The notes beneath the pieces were generated by a model. The model saw nothing but the letters and a program-made list of their open reading frames with translations, was not told the DNA's origin and made no database searches. From Gammaproteobacteria bacterium (lineage in GTDB: Bacteria; Pseudomonadota; Gammaproteobacteria; JABABF01): a stretch of DNA of 64,000 bases. The first letter of the stretch is position 1; the number at the start of each line of letters is the position of its first letter. The stretch is from the NCBI GenBank assembly GCA_965237805.1, contig OZ250153.1:1600001-1664000 (forward strand), written 5' to 3'. This document shows positions 15,001 through 25,067 of this stretch, piece after piece. A program made the position numbers and the translations under genes.

Positions 15001-18000
15001 GGCACCGGCGACGGTGGTGTCGGGTGCGAGCTTTGCGCTGACAGTGACGGGCGTCGATGCAGCTGGCGCGACGGACACGGGCTACAGCCTGTCGAATGTG
15101 ACGGTGACGGCCTCGTCGGGGACGATCTCGGGTCAAAGTCAGACCAGCACCGGCTTCGAGCTGAGTCTGAGCGGGGTGACGGACGGCACGATGGTGACGC
15201 TGACGGCGACGGATAGTGTGCTGTCGTCCGCAGACACGGCTGATGTGGTGGTGAATGTGGAGGCGACGGCGCTGACGGTCTCGGCACCGGCGACGGTGGT
15301 GTCGGGCACGTCCTTCACGCTGACGGTGACGGGAGTCAATTCAGCTGACGAGACGGACACGGACTACAGCCTGTCGAATGTGACGGTGACGGCCTCGACC
15401 GGGATGCTGACGACGGCGCAGACCAGCACCGGCTTCGAGCTGAGACTGAGCGGGTTGGCGGACGGCACGATGGTGACGCTGACGGCGACGGATAGCGTGC
15501 TGTCGTCTGCAGACACGGCAGCTGTGACGGTGGATGTGGTGGCGACAGCGCTGACGGTCTCGGCACCGGCGACGGTGACGTCGGGCGTGATCTTTGCGCT
15601 GACGGTGACGGGCGTCGATGCAGCTGGCGAGACGGACACGGACTACAGCCTGTCGAATGTGACGGTGACGGCCTCGACAGGGATGCTGACGACGGCGCAG
15701 ACAAGCACCGGCTTCGAGCTGAGACTGAGCGGGTTGGCGGACGGCACGATGGTGACGCTGACGGCGACGGATAGCGTGCTGGTGTCTACAGACATGGTGG
15801 ATGTGACGGTGCAGGCGGCGGCGGCATCCTTGCTGGTGGATGCACCGGCGACGGTGGTGTCTGGCGCTGACTTCACGGTGCAGTTGACGGCTTTGGACGC
15901 TGGGGACAACGTCATTCCAAGCCATGATCTATCAGCGGCGACGGCCACCGTCTCGGTGGGGACTCTGAGCTTGGTCTCGCGGACGGCGGACACGCTGACT
16001 CTACAGTTGCGCGGTGTGTCAGATAGTGAATCGGCGATTTTGACAGTGATGGAGGGTGACGCCATCGGCACTGACACGGTGACGGTGAATGTGGTCGCCA
16101 CGGCGCTGTCACTGGTGAGCAATGTGGCAGAGATAACGGCAGGGGCGCAGACAGGCGTCACCGTCACTGGCATCGACGCTGATGGCGCGATGGACACGGG
16201 CTACAGCCTGTCATTGGCACCCCAGATCACGGCCTCGATGGGCGTGACGGTCACTGGTATTACGGTATTCCCCACCGGTAGTGGTAGCCACCTCGTGCAA
16301 TTCACCCTGTCGGGTGCGCCAGATGGCAGCGAATTGTTGCTGACGATGACGGCTACCCCTCAGAATGGTGGGCTGGTCGGCAGTACATCCGTGACTTTGA
16401 ATGTGGTGGCGACGGCGCTGAGGCTATCGGCACCGGCGACGGTGGTGTCGGGCACGACAGCCACGCTGACGGTGACGGGAGTCGATGCAGCTGGCGCGAC
16501 GGACACGGGCTACAGCCTGTCGAATGTGACGGTGACGGCCTCGACCGGGACGCTGACGACGGCGCAGACAAGCACTGGCTTCGAGCTGCGTCTGAGCGGC
16601 TTGGCGGATGGCACGATGGTGACGCTGACGGCGACGGATAGTGTGCTGCTGTCTGCAGACACGGTGGCTGTGACGGTGGATGTGGTGGCGACGGCGCTGA
16701 CGGTATCGGCACCGGCGACGGTGGTGTCGGGCCAGCTCTTCACGCTGACGGTGACGGGAGTCGATGCCGATGGCGCGACGGACACGGACTACAGCCTGTC
16801 GACGGCCACGGTGACGGCTTCGGCGGGGGCGCTGGTGGAAGAGTCGAGCACGGCGAGCAGTATTGATCTGCGTTTGAGCGAGGTGTCCGACGGCGCTGAT
16901 GTGACGCTGACGGTGACGGATGGCAGCGTGTCGGGCACGGCTGAGGTGGCGGTGGATGTGGTGGCGACGGCGCTGTCGCTGAGTGCCTCAGTGGATCCGG
17001 TAGTTTCCGGCCAGCTCTTCACGCTGACGGTGACGGGAGTCGATGCCGATGGCGCGACGGACACGGGCCACAGCCTGTCGTCGACGGCAACGGTGACGGT
17101 TTCGGCGGGGACGATCGCGGATTTCAGTCAGACGGGCAACGAGTTGAGCTTGAGTCTGAGCGGTGTGACGGACGGTGCGACAGCGACGCTGACGGTGGCG
17201 GCCGATGGCTTGTCGGGCACGGTGGCTGTGACGGTAGATGTGGTGGCGACGGCGCTGAGGCTGAGCGCCTCAGTGGAGCCGGTGTTATCTGATCGCAGCT
17301 TCCTGCTGACGGTTGCTGGGGTCGATGCGGATGACGCGACGGACACGGGCTACAGCCTGTCGGCGTCGGCCACGGTGACGGCGTCGGCGGGGACGCTGGT
17401 AGAGGCTTCGCGCGCGGGGCAGGTCATTGGCCTGAGTTTGAGTGGCTTGGCCGCTGGCTCGACGGCAACGGTGACGGTGATCGACGATGGCTTGGAGGGT
17501 GAGCTCGAGCTGACAGTGGCGGCGGTGGCGGTGGTCTCCTTGGATGTGGCTGCACCTGAGACGGTGGTGTCTGGGGCGGCGTTCACGGTGACAGTGACGG
17601 CCCGCGATGCCAATGCTGTGGTGATTTCGGATGCGGATCTGTCGGCGGTGACGGCGGCTGTGTCGGTCGGGACGCTGTCGGCGTTCTCGCTGAGCGGGAA
17701 CAACACACTGAGTATGGAGTTGCGAGCTGTGCCGGACGACACGACATCGACGCTGACGGTGAGTTTGGGCTCAGTCAGCAGTGCGGACACGGTGACGGTG
17801 GATGTGGTGGCGACAGCGCTGACGGTAGCGGCACCGGCGACAGTGGTGTCGGGCCAGTCCTTCACGCTGACGGTGACGGGAGTCGATGCGGATGGCGCGA
17901 CGGACACGGGCTACAGCCTGTCGACGGCCACGGTGACGGCTTCGGCGGGGACGCTGGTGGAGGAGTCGAGCACGGCGACCAGTATTGATCTGCGTTTGAG

Positions 18001-18930
18001 CGGGGTGTCCGACGGCGCTGTGGTGACGGTGACGGTGACGGCCGATGGCTTGTCGGGCACGGCTGATGTGGCGGTGGATGTGGTGGCGACGGCGCTGTCG
18101 GTCTCGGCACCGGCGACGGTGGTGTCGGGCGCGAGCTTTGCGCTGACGGTGACGGGAGTCGATGCGAATGACGCGACGGACACGGGCTACAGCCTGTCGA
18201 CGGCGGCGGTGTCGGCTTCGCCGGGGACGATCGCGGATCTGAGTCAGACGGGCAACGAGTTGAGTGTGAGTGTGAGCGGGGTGACGGACGGTGCGACAGC
18301 GACGCTGACGGTGGCGGCCGATGGCTTGTCGGGCACGGCAGTTGTGGCGGTGGATGTGGTGGCGACGGCGCTGTCGGTGAGCGCCTGCACCGGAGCCGGT
18401 GGTGTCGGGTCAGTCTCTTCACGCTGACGGTGACGGGAGTCGATGCGGATGACGCGACGGACACGGGCTACAGCCTGTCGACGGCGGCAACGGTGACGGC
18501 TTCGGCGGGGACGATCGCGGATCAGAGTCAGACGGGCGACGAGTTGAGCTTGAGTCTGAGCGGGGTGACGGACGGCGCTGTGGCGACGCTGACGGTGGCG
18601 GCCGATGGCTTGTCGGGCACGGTTGATGTGACGGTAGATGTGGTGGCGACGGCACTGAGGCTGGTGGCCTCGCAGGATCCGGTCAATAGGGACACATCCT
18701 TCACGCTGACGGTGACGGCAGTCGATGCAGCTGGCGCGACGGACACGGGCTACAGCCTGTCGGCGTCGGCCACGGTGACGGCTTCGGCGGGGACGCTGGT
18801 GGAGGATTCGCGCGCGGCGACCAGTATTGAGCTGCGTTTGAGCGGGGTGTCCGACGGCGATGTGGTGACGCTGACGCTGACGGATGGCGTGCTGTCGAGC
18901 ACGCTGGCTGTGACGGTAACTGCGCGCAAT
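1..18930 (+). repeat. Intragenic tandem array of ~279-291 bp units (several subfamilies) with 1407-bp higher-order repeats
   Basis: Antisense shadow ORFs recur every 282 bp (123, 405, 687, 969). A marker unit recurs at 2022, 3429, 4836 and at 7368, 8775 (1407-bp spacing). A different unit family (SGASFAL...QTSTGFEL) dominates ~11330-15800. Confidence 0.95.
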
Positions 18931-19333
18931 CAGCTCGATATCGATCTCGACGGACGATGTCGACCAAACGGATGCCTTGATGATGTTCCGCACGCTGGGC
19001 TTTACGGTGTCCTTCCGCACCTTGATCAAGGACGGCACCTTGTCGGGTTTCGTGGTGGCTGGCAGCCCGGCCCTGCTCGACGAAGAGCTCAATATCATCG
19101 AGCGTATTGAGGCTCTTGAGGCCAGCTCCAACAGTGTCTTGGACATTGATCTCGACGGCGATGTCGACCAAACGGATGCCTTGATGATGTTCCGCACACT
19201 GGGCTTTACGGCGTCCTTCCGCACCTTGATCAAGGACGGCACCTTTTCTGGTGTCGTGGTGGCTGGCATTCCGGCCCTGATCGACGAAGAGCTCAATATC
19301 ATCGTGCGCATCGAGCAGCGCGCCGGCCTCTGA
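2..19333 (+). CDS. Giant repetitive Ig-like surface protein/adhesin; 5' end outside the window; reading frame broken by three apparent 1-bp insertions near the 3' end
   Basis: Open frame 5..18427 (6140 aa) built of ~93-97 aa Thr/Val/Ala/Ser/Asp-rich beta-strand repeats (consensus ALTVSAP.TVVSG..FTLTVTGVDADGATDTGY). Repeats continue in ORF 18430..19110, and the C-terminus is in ORF 18977..19333, which is back in the original frame. Confidence 0.85.
18931..19330 (+). repeat. Two tandem ~68-aa C-terminal dockerin/EF-hand-like modules (LDIDLDGDVDQTDALMMFRTLGF...LIDEELNII)
   Basis: Near-identical DNA copies about 204 bp apart (GATCTCGACGG at 18943 and 19148). DxDxDGxVDxxD is a Ca-binding-loop pattern followed by an amphipathic helix. 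Confidence 0.75.
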
Positions 19334-19374
19334 GCTAGCGCCGCGCCGTAGCCTCCTCGCGAGCTGGTGGGCGC

Positions 19375-20226
19375 TTGGGCAAAGCCTTGTGCCGCTCGGC
19401 ACCGCCCGCTGTGGAATTGCTGGCGCTGGGTCGCGCTGACTTGGATATCGCCGACGGCCCGCGCGTGATGCAGCGCTTGCGCGAGCTGCGCCCGGCGGCG
19501 ATCATCAACGCCGCCGCCTTCAGTGATGTCGGTGCCGCCGAATGCGATGATGCCGCCGCCCACCGGGTCAACTGCGAGGGGGTGCGCCAGCTGGCGCTGG
19601 GCGCGGCGGCGCATGCGCTGCGGCTGATCCACATCTCCACCGACTATGTCTTCGACGGTGATTTCGGTGCCGCGGTGGCGCGACCCTATGTGCCGGGAGA
19701 TTTGCCGCGCCCGCTGTCGGCCTATGGGCGCGGCAAATTGGCCGGCGAGCGTGCGGCCTTGGCCGCGCACCCACAGGGGACATTGGTGCTGCGCAGCGCG
19801 TGGCTCTACGATGGCCACAGCCACAACTTCGCCACCGCTCTGCTCGCGCGCATGGCTGCTGGCGAGTCGGTGGCGGTGGCCACCGATCAGGTCGCTTCGC
19901 CGACTTGGAGCGCCAATCTGGTGCGCGCGATTTGGTCGGCACTGCGTCGCCCGGAGGTGATCGGGCTACTGCATTTCTGCGACGACGGCGCGGTGACGCG
20001 CCATGTTTGGGCGGCGGCGCTGGCAGAGCTCGCCACGGCGAGTGCGGTATTGCCGGCGGCGGTGACGGTGTCCACGGCGCGGATGGCGGATTTTCCGGTG
20101 CTCGCGACGCGGCCGCGCTACTCGGCCTTGGATTCCAGCCGCGCCGCACAGCTGCTGGCGGTGCCGGTGATGCCATGGCGCGAGGCCACGGCGCTGATGC
20201 TGCGGGAGTATCGCCAGTCGAGCTGA
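19375..20226 (+). CDS. rmlD: dTDP-4-dehydrorhamnose reductase (RmlD family); N-terminal beta-1 and start apparently lost
   Basis: Motifs IINAAAF, HISTDYVFDG, YGRGK, RPRYSALDS. The upstream in-frame AGGRLG glycine motif is present, but no start codon precedes it before TAG at 19336. Confidence 0.8.
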   Translation: MGKALCRSAPPAVELLALGRADLDIADGPRVMQRLRELRPAAIINAAAFSDVGAAECDDAAAHRVNCEGVRQLALGAAAHALRLIHISTDYVFDGDFGAAVARPYVPGDLPRPLSAYGRGKLAGERAALAAHPQGTLVLRSAWLYDGHSHNFATALLARMAAGESVAVATDQVASPTWSANLVRAIWSALRRPEVIGLLHFCDDGAVTRHVWAAALAELATASAVLPAAVTVSTARMADFPVLATRPRYSALDSSRAAQLLAVPVMPWREATALMLREYRQSS

Positions 20227-21567
20227 CTAAGCCTCCACGCGCTCTACGCGGCACAGCAGCTGTCCGCTGCCGAGGCGTGCGCGCAGCTTGTTGGCGGGGG
20301 TGGTGTCCGCAGCGCGGCGCAGGATCTGGCCGCTGTCGGCATCCTGCACGATGGCATAACCCCGCCGTAGCGTTGCCAGTGGTCCCACCGCTTCCAAGCG
20401 TGCACCCTGTGTCTGCAGCTGCGTCGCTGCCCGCTCCAGCGCTCGCTCCAGCGCTCGCTCCAGTCGCTGCGCCAGCTCGCGCACAGCCGGGCTCAGCTGT
20501 TGCAGTTGCCTGCCGCCGCCGCTGTGCAGCTGCCGCTCCAGCTGCTCCAGCCGCTGCCGCTGTCTGGCCAGCCGCTGTGCCGGGTCACCGAGGCGATGCC
20601 GCAGCGTCGCGAGCCGCAGCCCGCTCGCAGCCAAGTGGCGTCGGATGCGGCTGTCGAGCAGACTGGCCAGCGCATCCAGTCGAGCTCGCAGCTGTACTTG
20701 ATCCGCGCTCAGCAGCTCGGCTGCCGCCGATGGTGTCGGCGCGCGCAGGTCGGCGGCGAAGTCGGCGATGCTGAAATCGATCTCGTGGCCGACCGCGCAG
20801 ATCACTGGCAGGCGGCTGGCGACGATCGCCCGCGCCAGCCGCTCGTCGTTGAAGGCCTGTAGGTCTTCGACATCGCCGCCGCCGCGACACAGCAACAGCA
20901 CATCGGGGGCGGGCCAGTCGTCACCCCTCAGCGCGTTGGCGCGGGCGATGGCTGCCACCAGCTGCTGCGGTGCCCGTGCTCCCTGCACTAGGCTGGGCAC
21001 GATGCTGACGGCGGTGGCCGGGAAGCGGCGCCTGAGCACGCTGAGCACATCGTGCAGGGCGGCACCGCTGGGCGAGGTGATGACGGCGATGTGGCGCGCT
21101 TGGCGCGGCACTGGTTGTTTGCGCGCCTCGTCGAATAGCCCCTCAGCCTGCAGTCGACGGCGCAGCTGCTCGAAGCGCAGCAGTAGCTCGCCGCGCCCGG
21201 CCAGCCGCATCTGCGTGGCTAACAGCTGAAAGCGCCCCTGTGCTGCGAAGATATTCAGCCGCCCGCGCAGCGCCACCAGCTGTCCGGGTTGTGGCTCGAA
21301 GTCGACGGCACCGGTATGTCCTTTGAAGATCACGCAGTCCAGCTGCGCGGCTTGGTCCCTGTCCTTGTCCTTGAGACGCAGATACCAGTGTCCAGAGCGC
21401 GGCCGACTCAGTTCGCCGATTTCGCCCTCGACCCAGAGCGAGGGAAATTTGCTCTCCAGCAATGAGCTGGCCTGCGCGCACAGCTCGCTGACGCTGAGCG
21501 CTGGCTCTGGGGCTGTTCGGGGCGGTGGCATGATGCGGCGAGATTGGGGGTGGGGGGTTTTGGGCAT
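20227..21567 (-). CDS. xseA: Exodeoxyribonuclease VII large subunit
   Basis: WVEGEI, SGHWYLRLKD, ITSPSGAALHD, RGGG..EDL.AFNDE, VGHEIDFSIADFAADLRAPTPSAAAE. Confidence 0.96.
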   Translation of the reverse strand: MPKTPHPQSRRIMPPPRTAPEPALSVSELCAQASSLLESKFPSLWVEGEIGELSRPRSGHWYLRLKDKDRDQAAQLDCVIFKGHTGAVDFEPQPGQLVALRGRLNIFAAQGRFQLLATQMRLAGRGELLLRFEQLRRRLQAEGLFDEARKQPVPRQARHIAVITSPSGAALHDVLSVLRRRFPATAVSIVPSLVQGARAPQQLVAAIARANALRGDDWPAPDVLLLCRGGGDVEDLQAFNDERLARAIVASRLPVICAVGHEIDFSIADFAADLRAPTPSAAAELLSADQVQLRARLDALASLLDSRIRRHLAASGLRLATLRHRLGDPAQRLARQRQRLEQLERQLHSGGGRQLQQLSPAVRELAQRLERALERALERAATQLQTQGARLEAVGPLATLRRGYAIVQDADSGQILRRAADTTPANKLRARLGSGQLLCRVERVEA

Positions 21568-21660
21568 GGTGCTCGCCAGCTATAATAACGATTGCTGTTC
21601 AGCGGACAGCCATCCGGCCACTGGTGAGTGGTGCGGACAACATGGCGCGAGGAAATCATG

Positions 21661-23214
21661 ATGGCCGATCTAGGCTTGTGGAAGTTTGCAGAGCAAGATC
21701 CCGGTGCGCTGGCGATCGCCGCACCGGACGGGCGCGAGTGGACGCGCGGAGAATTGGCCGCCCAGAGCTATCAGCTGGTGCATGGCCTGCGCCGCGAGGG
21801 GCTCCAAGTCGGCGATGTGGTCGCGGCCATCCTGCCCAATCAGGCGGAGTTTTTGGCGCTGAACTTGGCCGTCACGCAGGCGGGATTTTATTTGGTGCCG
21901 ATGAACTGGCACTTGGCTGGTGCCGAGGTGGCCTATATCCTGCAGGATAGCGGTGCCAAGGTTTTTGTCTCCCACGAGCGCGTGCGAGAAGAGGCCGTGG
22001 CGGCGGTGAAAGAGGCCGGCTTCCCGGCCGCCAAAGCCTTTGCCTTGGGCGAGATTCCCGGCTTTCGGCCCTATGCGGAGCTCTATGCTGAGGAATCTGC
22101 CGAGCAGCCCGCAGATCGCACTGCCGGGGCGGTGATGAACTACACCTCCGGTACCACTGGCAAGCCCAAGGGGGTTCGCCGCTCGCTGACTGGCCTGCCC
22201 GCCGACGATGCCGCCGAGCTGTTCACTTGGTCCTTGCAGATGTTCGGTATTGCGCCGGAGGATGGCAATGTACACATCGTCGGCTCGCCGCTCTACCACA
22301 CGGCGGTGATGGTCTGGGCCACCTCCTCACTGCATATGGGGCACCCGGTAGTGCTGATGGACAAATGGGATGCCGAGCAAATGTTGCGCCTGACGCAGCA
22401 GTACCGCGTCACCCATAGCCATATGGTGCCAACGCAGTTCAACCGTCTGTTGCAGCTGCCCGAGGAGCTGCGCAATCGCTACGATATTTCCTCCTACCGC
22501 TACATGATTCACGCCGCCGCCCCCTGTCCGGTGTCGGTCAAGCACAAGATGTTGGATTGGTGGGGGCCGGTGGTCTACGAATACTATGCCGCCACCGAGG
22601 GCGGTGGCACGGTCGCACCGCCTAAAGAATGGTTGGAAAATCCGGGCACGGTGGGCTGCGCTTGGCCCGGCGCAGAAATCAAGATTCTCGACGATGACGG
22701 CAATGCGGTGCCGACTGGCGAGCGGGGCACCGTCTATATGTTGACCAATCAGGCGATGGATTTCCGCTACAAGGGTGACGAGGATAAGACGCGCAAGAAC
22801 CGCGTCGGTGACTTCTTCACTGTCGGCGATATCGGTTATCTGAACGAGCGGGGCTACCTGTTTCTGTGTGACCGCAAGATCGATATGATCATCTCAGGTG
22901 GTGCCAACATCTACCCAGCCGAGATCGAGAATGTGCTGATCCAGCACCCTCGGGTGGTCGATGTGGCGGTGTTCGGTATCCCCAATGATGACTGGGGCGA
23001 GGAGGTGAAGGCGGTGGTGCAGCTGGACGACGGCAGTGATGGCGGCGCGGCCTTCGCTGATGATCTGTTGGCTTTTTGCGAAGGCAAGCTGGCGCGTATG
23101 AAGCAACCGCGCTCTGTCGACTGCGTGGCGGAGTTGCCGCGCGACCCCAACGGCAAGCTGTACAAGCGCCGTCTGCGCGATCCGTATTGGGAGGGTCACG
23201 AGCGCCAAGTCTAG
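21661..23214 (+). CDS. Acyl-CoA synthetase / fatty-acid-CoA ligase (ANL family)
   Basis: YTSGTTGKPKG AMP-binding motif, YYAATEG, GDIGY, DRKIDMIISGGANIYPAEIE; SD GAGGA upstream of the ATGs at 21658/21661. Confidence 0.92.
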   Translation: MADLGLWKFAEQDPGALAIAAPDGREWTRGELAAQSYQLVHGLRREGLQVGDVVAAILPNQAEFLALNLAVTQAGFYLVPMNWHLAGAEVAYILQDSGAKVFVSHERVREEAVAAVKEAGFPAAKAFALGEIPGFRPYAELYAEESAEQPADRTAGAVMNYTSGTTGKPKGVRRSLTGLPADDAAELFTWSLQMFGIAPEDGNVHIVGSPLYHTAVMVWATSSLHMGHPVVLMDKWDAEQMLRLTQQYRVTHSHMVPTQFNRLLQLPEELRNRYDISSYRYMIHAAAPCPVSVKHKMLDWWGPVVYEYYAATEGGGTVAPPKEWLENPGTVGCAWPGAEIKILDDDGNAVPTGERGTVYMLTNQAMDFRYKGDEDKTRKNRVGDFFTVGDIGYLNERGYLFLCDRKIDMIISGGANIYPAEIENVLIQHPRVVDVAVFGIPNDDWGEEVKAVVQLDDGSDGGAAFADDLLAFCEGKLARMKQPRSVDCVAELPRDPNGKLYKRRLRDPYWEGHERQV

Positions 23215-23227
23215 CGCCACGTGTGGG

Positions 23228-23584
23228 TTGATGACAGAGCCTCCCAAAGATCCATCGATCCACCCCGATGCGCGTCAAGGCGACTATATGCAGCGCGGCC
23301 TGAGCCAGCTGCGCTGGCTGCGACCCGCCTACTTCTATCTCAAGCGCCGTGAGTTATACCCCAAGAATGTTTTGGAGCTCGCACGGCTGGGGCTGTATCT
23401 GTCGCTGGCCGCCGCCTTGCCCCTCGGCCTGTGGCAGCTCTATCTGGTGGTGTTCGAGCCGATGCTCCACAGCGGCATCCATTTTTTGACCAAGCTGGTA
23501 CTGTGGCTGTCGTTGGGCTACACGGTCTATGCCGTGCTGTTGCTCTGGCAGCACCTCTGGCTGGCTTGGATCAGGAATCGTTGA
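23228..23584 (+). CDS. Hypothetical small membrane protein (2 predicted TM helices)
   Basis: 118-aa ORF directly after the ligase, with two hydrophobic stretches; fills the gap to the convergent SDR. Confidence 0.55.
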   Translation: MMTEPPKDPSIHPDARQGDYMQRGLSQLRWLRPAYFYLKRRELYPKNVLELARLGLYLSLAAALPLGLWQLYLVVFEPMLHSGIHFLTKLVLWLSLGYTVYAVLLLWQHLWLAWIRNR

Positions 23585-23628
23585 GCGGGTCTCGCCGCGC
23601 TTGCTAGCGCACAGCATGTGGCCGCGCC

Positions 23629-24438
23629 TCATTGGGCTTGGCGCTCTTCCTCTTCAGCTTTGATGGCCGATTTTTCGATGAATGACCACAGTATCCCCGG
23701 TGCCAAGCGACGCGCCCAGTCCAGCACCTTGGCCTCGCGCCCCGGCCTGAGGATGAATTCGCCTTTTTCCATCGCCTCTTCGATGGCATCGACGATGAAA
23801 TTTGGATCGGCATAGCGCCCATCGTCGCGGCCGCGACGCAGCAGTACCGGATCCGAGCTCTGCACGGCTTGTTCGATCAGCGGCGTGTTCACCGCCGGTG
23901 GCTGCACCAGCAGGATGCGCAGCCCCGAACCCCGGTTCTCGCGGATCAGCTGCTCGCCAAAGATGTTGACAGCGGCCTTGCTGGCCGAATAGGCCCCCAT
24001 ATGCGGGGTCAGCACATGGCCGGCGATGGAGCCGAATATGATGATGTCGCCGCGACCTCGTGCCAGCATCGTGTCCAGCACCGACTTCACCATGTACACG
24101 GTGCCGTGGTAGTTGATGCGCATGATGTGCAGGATCTCGTCGGCCGGCATCTTCGCCAGCAATTGCGTCGGCATGATGCCGGCAGCATGGGTCAGTCGAT
24201 CCACCGGCCCCAGCTCCTCGACAACTTTGGCCATGGTCGTGGCGATGGCTTCGGGGTCGAGTATGTCGCAGCAGTACGGATGCAGTTGCGCCGCTTCGCC
24301 AGCCACTTTTTGTAGCGCTTCTTCATTGCGGTCGAGGATCGCCACCTGTGCGCCGACACCAGTCAAGCGCAGTGCAGAGACGCGTCCCATGCCGCTCGCG
24401 CCCCCGGTAACCACTGCCACTTTGCCCGTGAATGCCAT
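23629..24438 (-). CDS. Short-chain dehydrogenase/reductase
   Basis: TGGASGMG Rossmann motif; YSASK catalytic motif. Confidence 0.92.
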   Translation of the reverse strand: MAFTGKVAVVTGGASGMGRVSALRLTGVGAQVAILDRNEEALQKVAGEAAQLHPYCCDILDPEAIATTMAKVVEELGPVDRLTHAAGIMPTQLLAKMPADEILHIMRINYHGTVYMVKSVLDTMLARGRGDIIIFGSIAGHVLTPHMGAYSASKAAVNIFGEQLIRENRGSGLRILLVQPPAVNTPLIEQAVQSSDPVLLRRGRDDGRYADPNFIVDAIEEAMEKGEFILRPGREAKVLDWARRLAPGILWSFIEKSAIKAEEEERQAQ

Positions 24439-24584
24439 CGGCTAAAATCCTGTTGTTGCTATCGCTTGTCGATGCCCGAGCATCATGCCACGGGCGATTG
24501 CGCTCTATAATAACCGTGTGGTCATCGCGATGCCGTGTGCTGGTACCGTTGCTCGCCACCCCCAGCATGAGGTACACACAATCC

Positions 24585-25067
24585 ATGGCAGCGCGGGAAA
24601 TCATCCGGATGACAGCGGGGCAGGAACGTTTCGGAAAATTCATGATCCGCTATCTCTGTCGTCTGCAGATTGTGATCTACCGTCTGAGTGGCGGGCGTGT
24701 GTGGAATACATTTCTGGGCGGCAAGGTCGGGCTACTCGGGGTGGTCGGGTGCCGCAGCGGCACGATGCGCACCGTGCCGGTGGTCTTCGCCGAAGACAGC
24801 GCTGGACGCATTGTGCTGGCCGCCTCTCAAGGCGGTATGTCGACCCACCCGGCTTGGTACTTCAATCTGCGCAATAGCGAGACAGCCACTTTCCAAATCG
24901 GTGCAAAGCGTCGTCATATGGCGGTGCATATGGCGGGCGAGGACGAAGAGAAACCGCTGTGGGAGCTGCTGCAACAAGCCTACCCTGACTTCGCCGACTA
25001 CCGCGAGCGCGCTGCCTTGGCGCATCGTCGCATCGCTGTCTTTGTGTTGACACCCACCAGTGGCTGA
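24585..25067 (+). CDS. Deazaflavin (F420)-dependent oxidoreductase, Ddn/FDOR-A nitroreductase family
   Basis: YRLSGG, G.RSG..RTVP, ASQGG..HPAWYFNL, YPDFADY motifs; start at 24567 or 24585. Confidence 0.8.
   Translation: MAAREIIRMTAGQERFGKFMIRYLCRLQIVIYRLSGGRVWNTFLGGKVGLLGVVGCRSGTMRTVPVVFAEDSAGRIVLAASQGGMSTHPAWYFNLRNSETATFQIGAKRRHMAVHMAGEDEEKPLWELLQQAYPDFADYRERAALAHRRIAVFVLTPTSG

Noticed and set aside
11685-15287. Long minus-strand ORFs (1200 aa Pro/Ser-rich; 1148 aa Arg/His-rich) and dozens of 70-120 aa antisense ORFs over 1-18.7 kb
   Set aside because: These are shadow frames of the biased, repetitive adhesin codons; they repeat with the same period and have no independent features.
1-18930. 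Possible CRISPR-like or non-coding repeat array
   Set aside because: Units are multiples of 3, keep one open frame and have no unique spacers; no cas genes are present.
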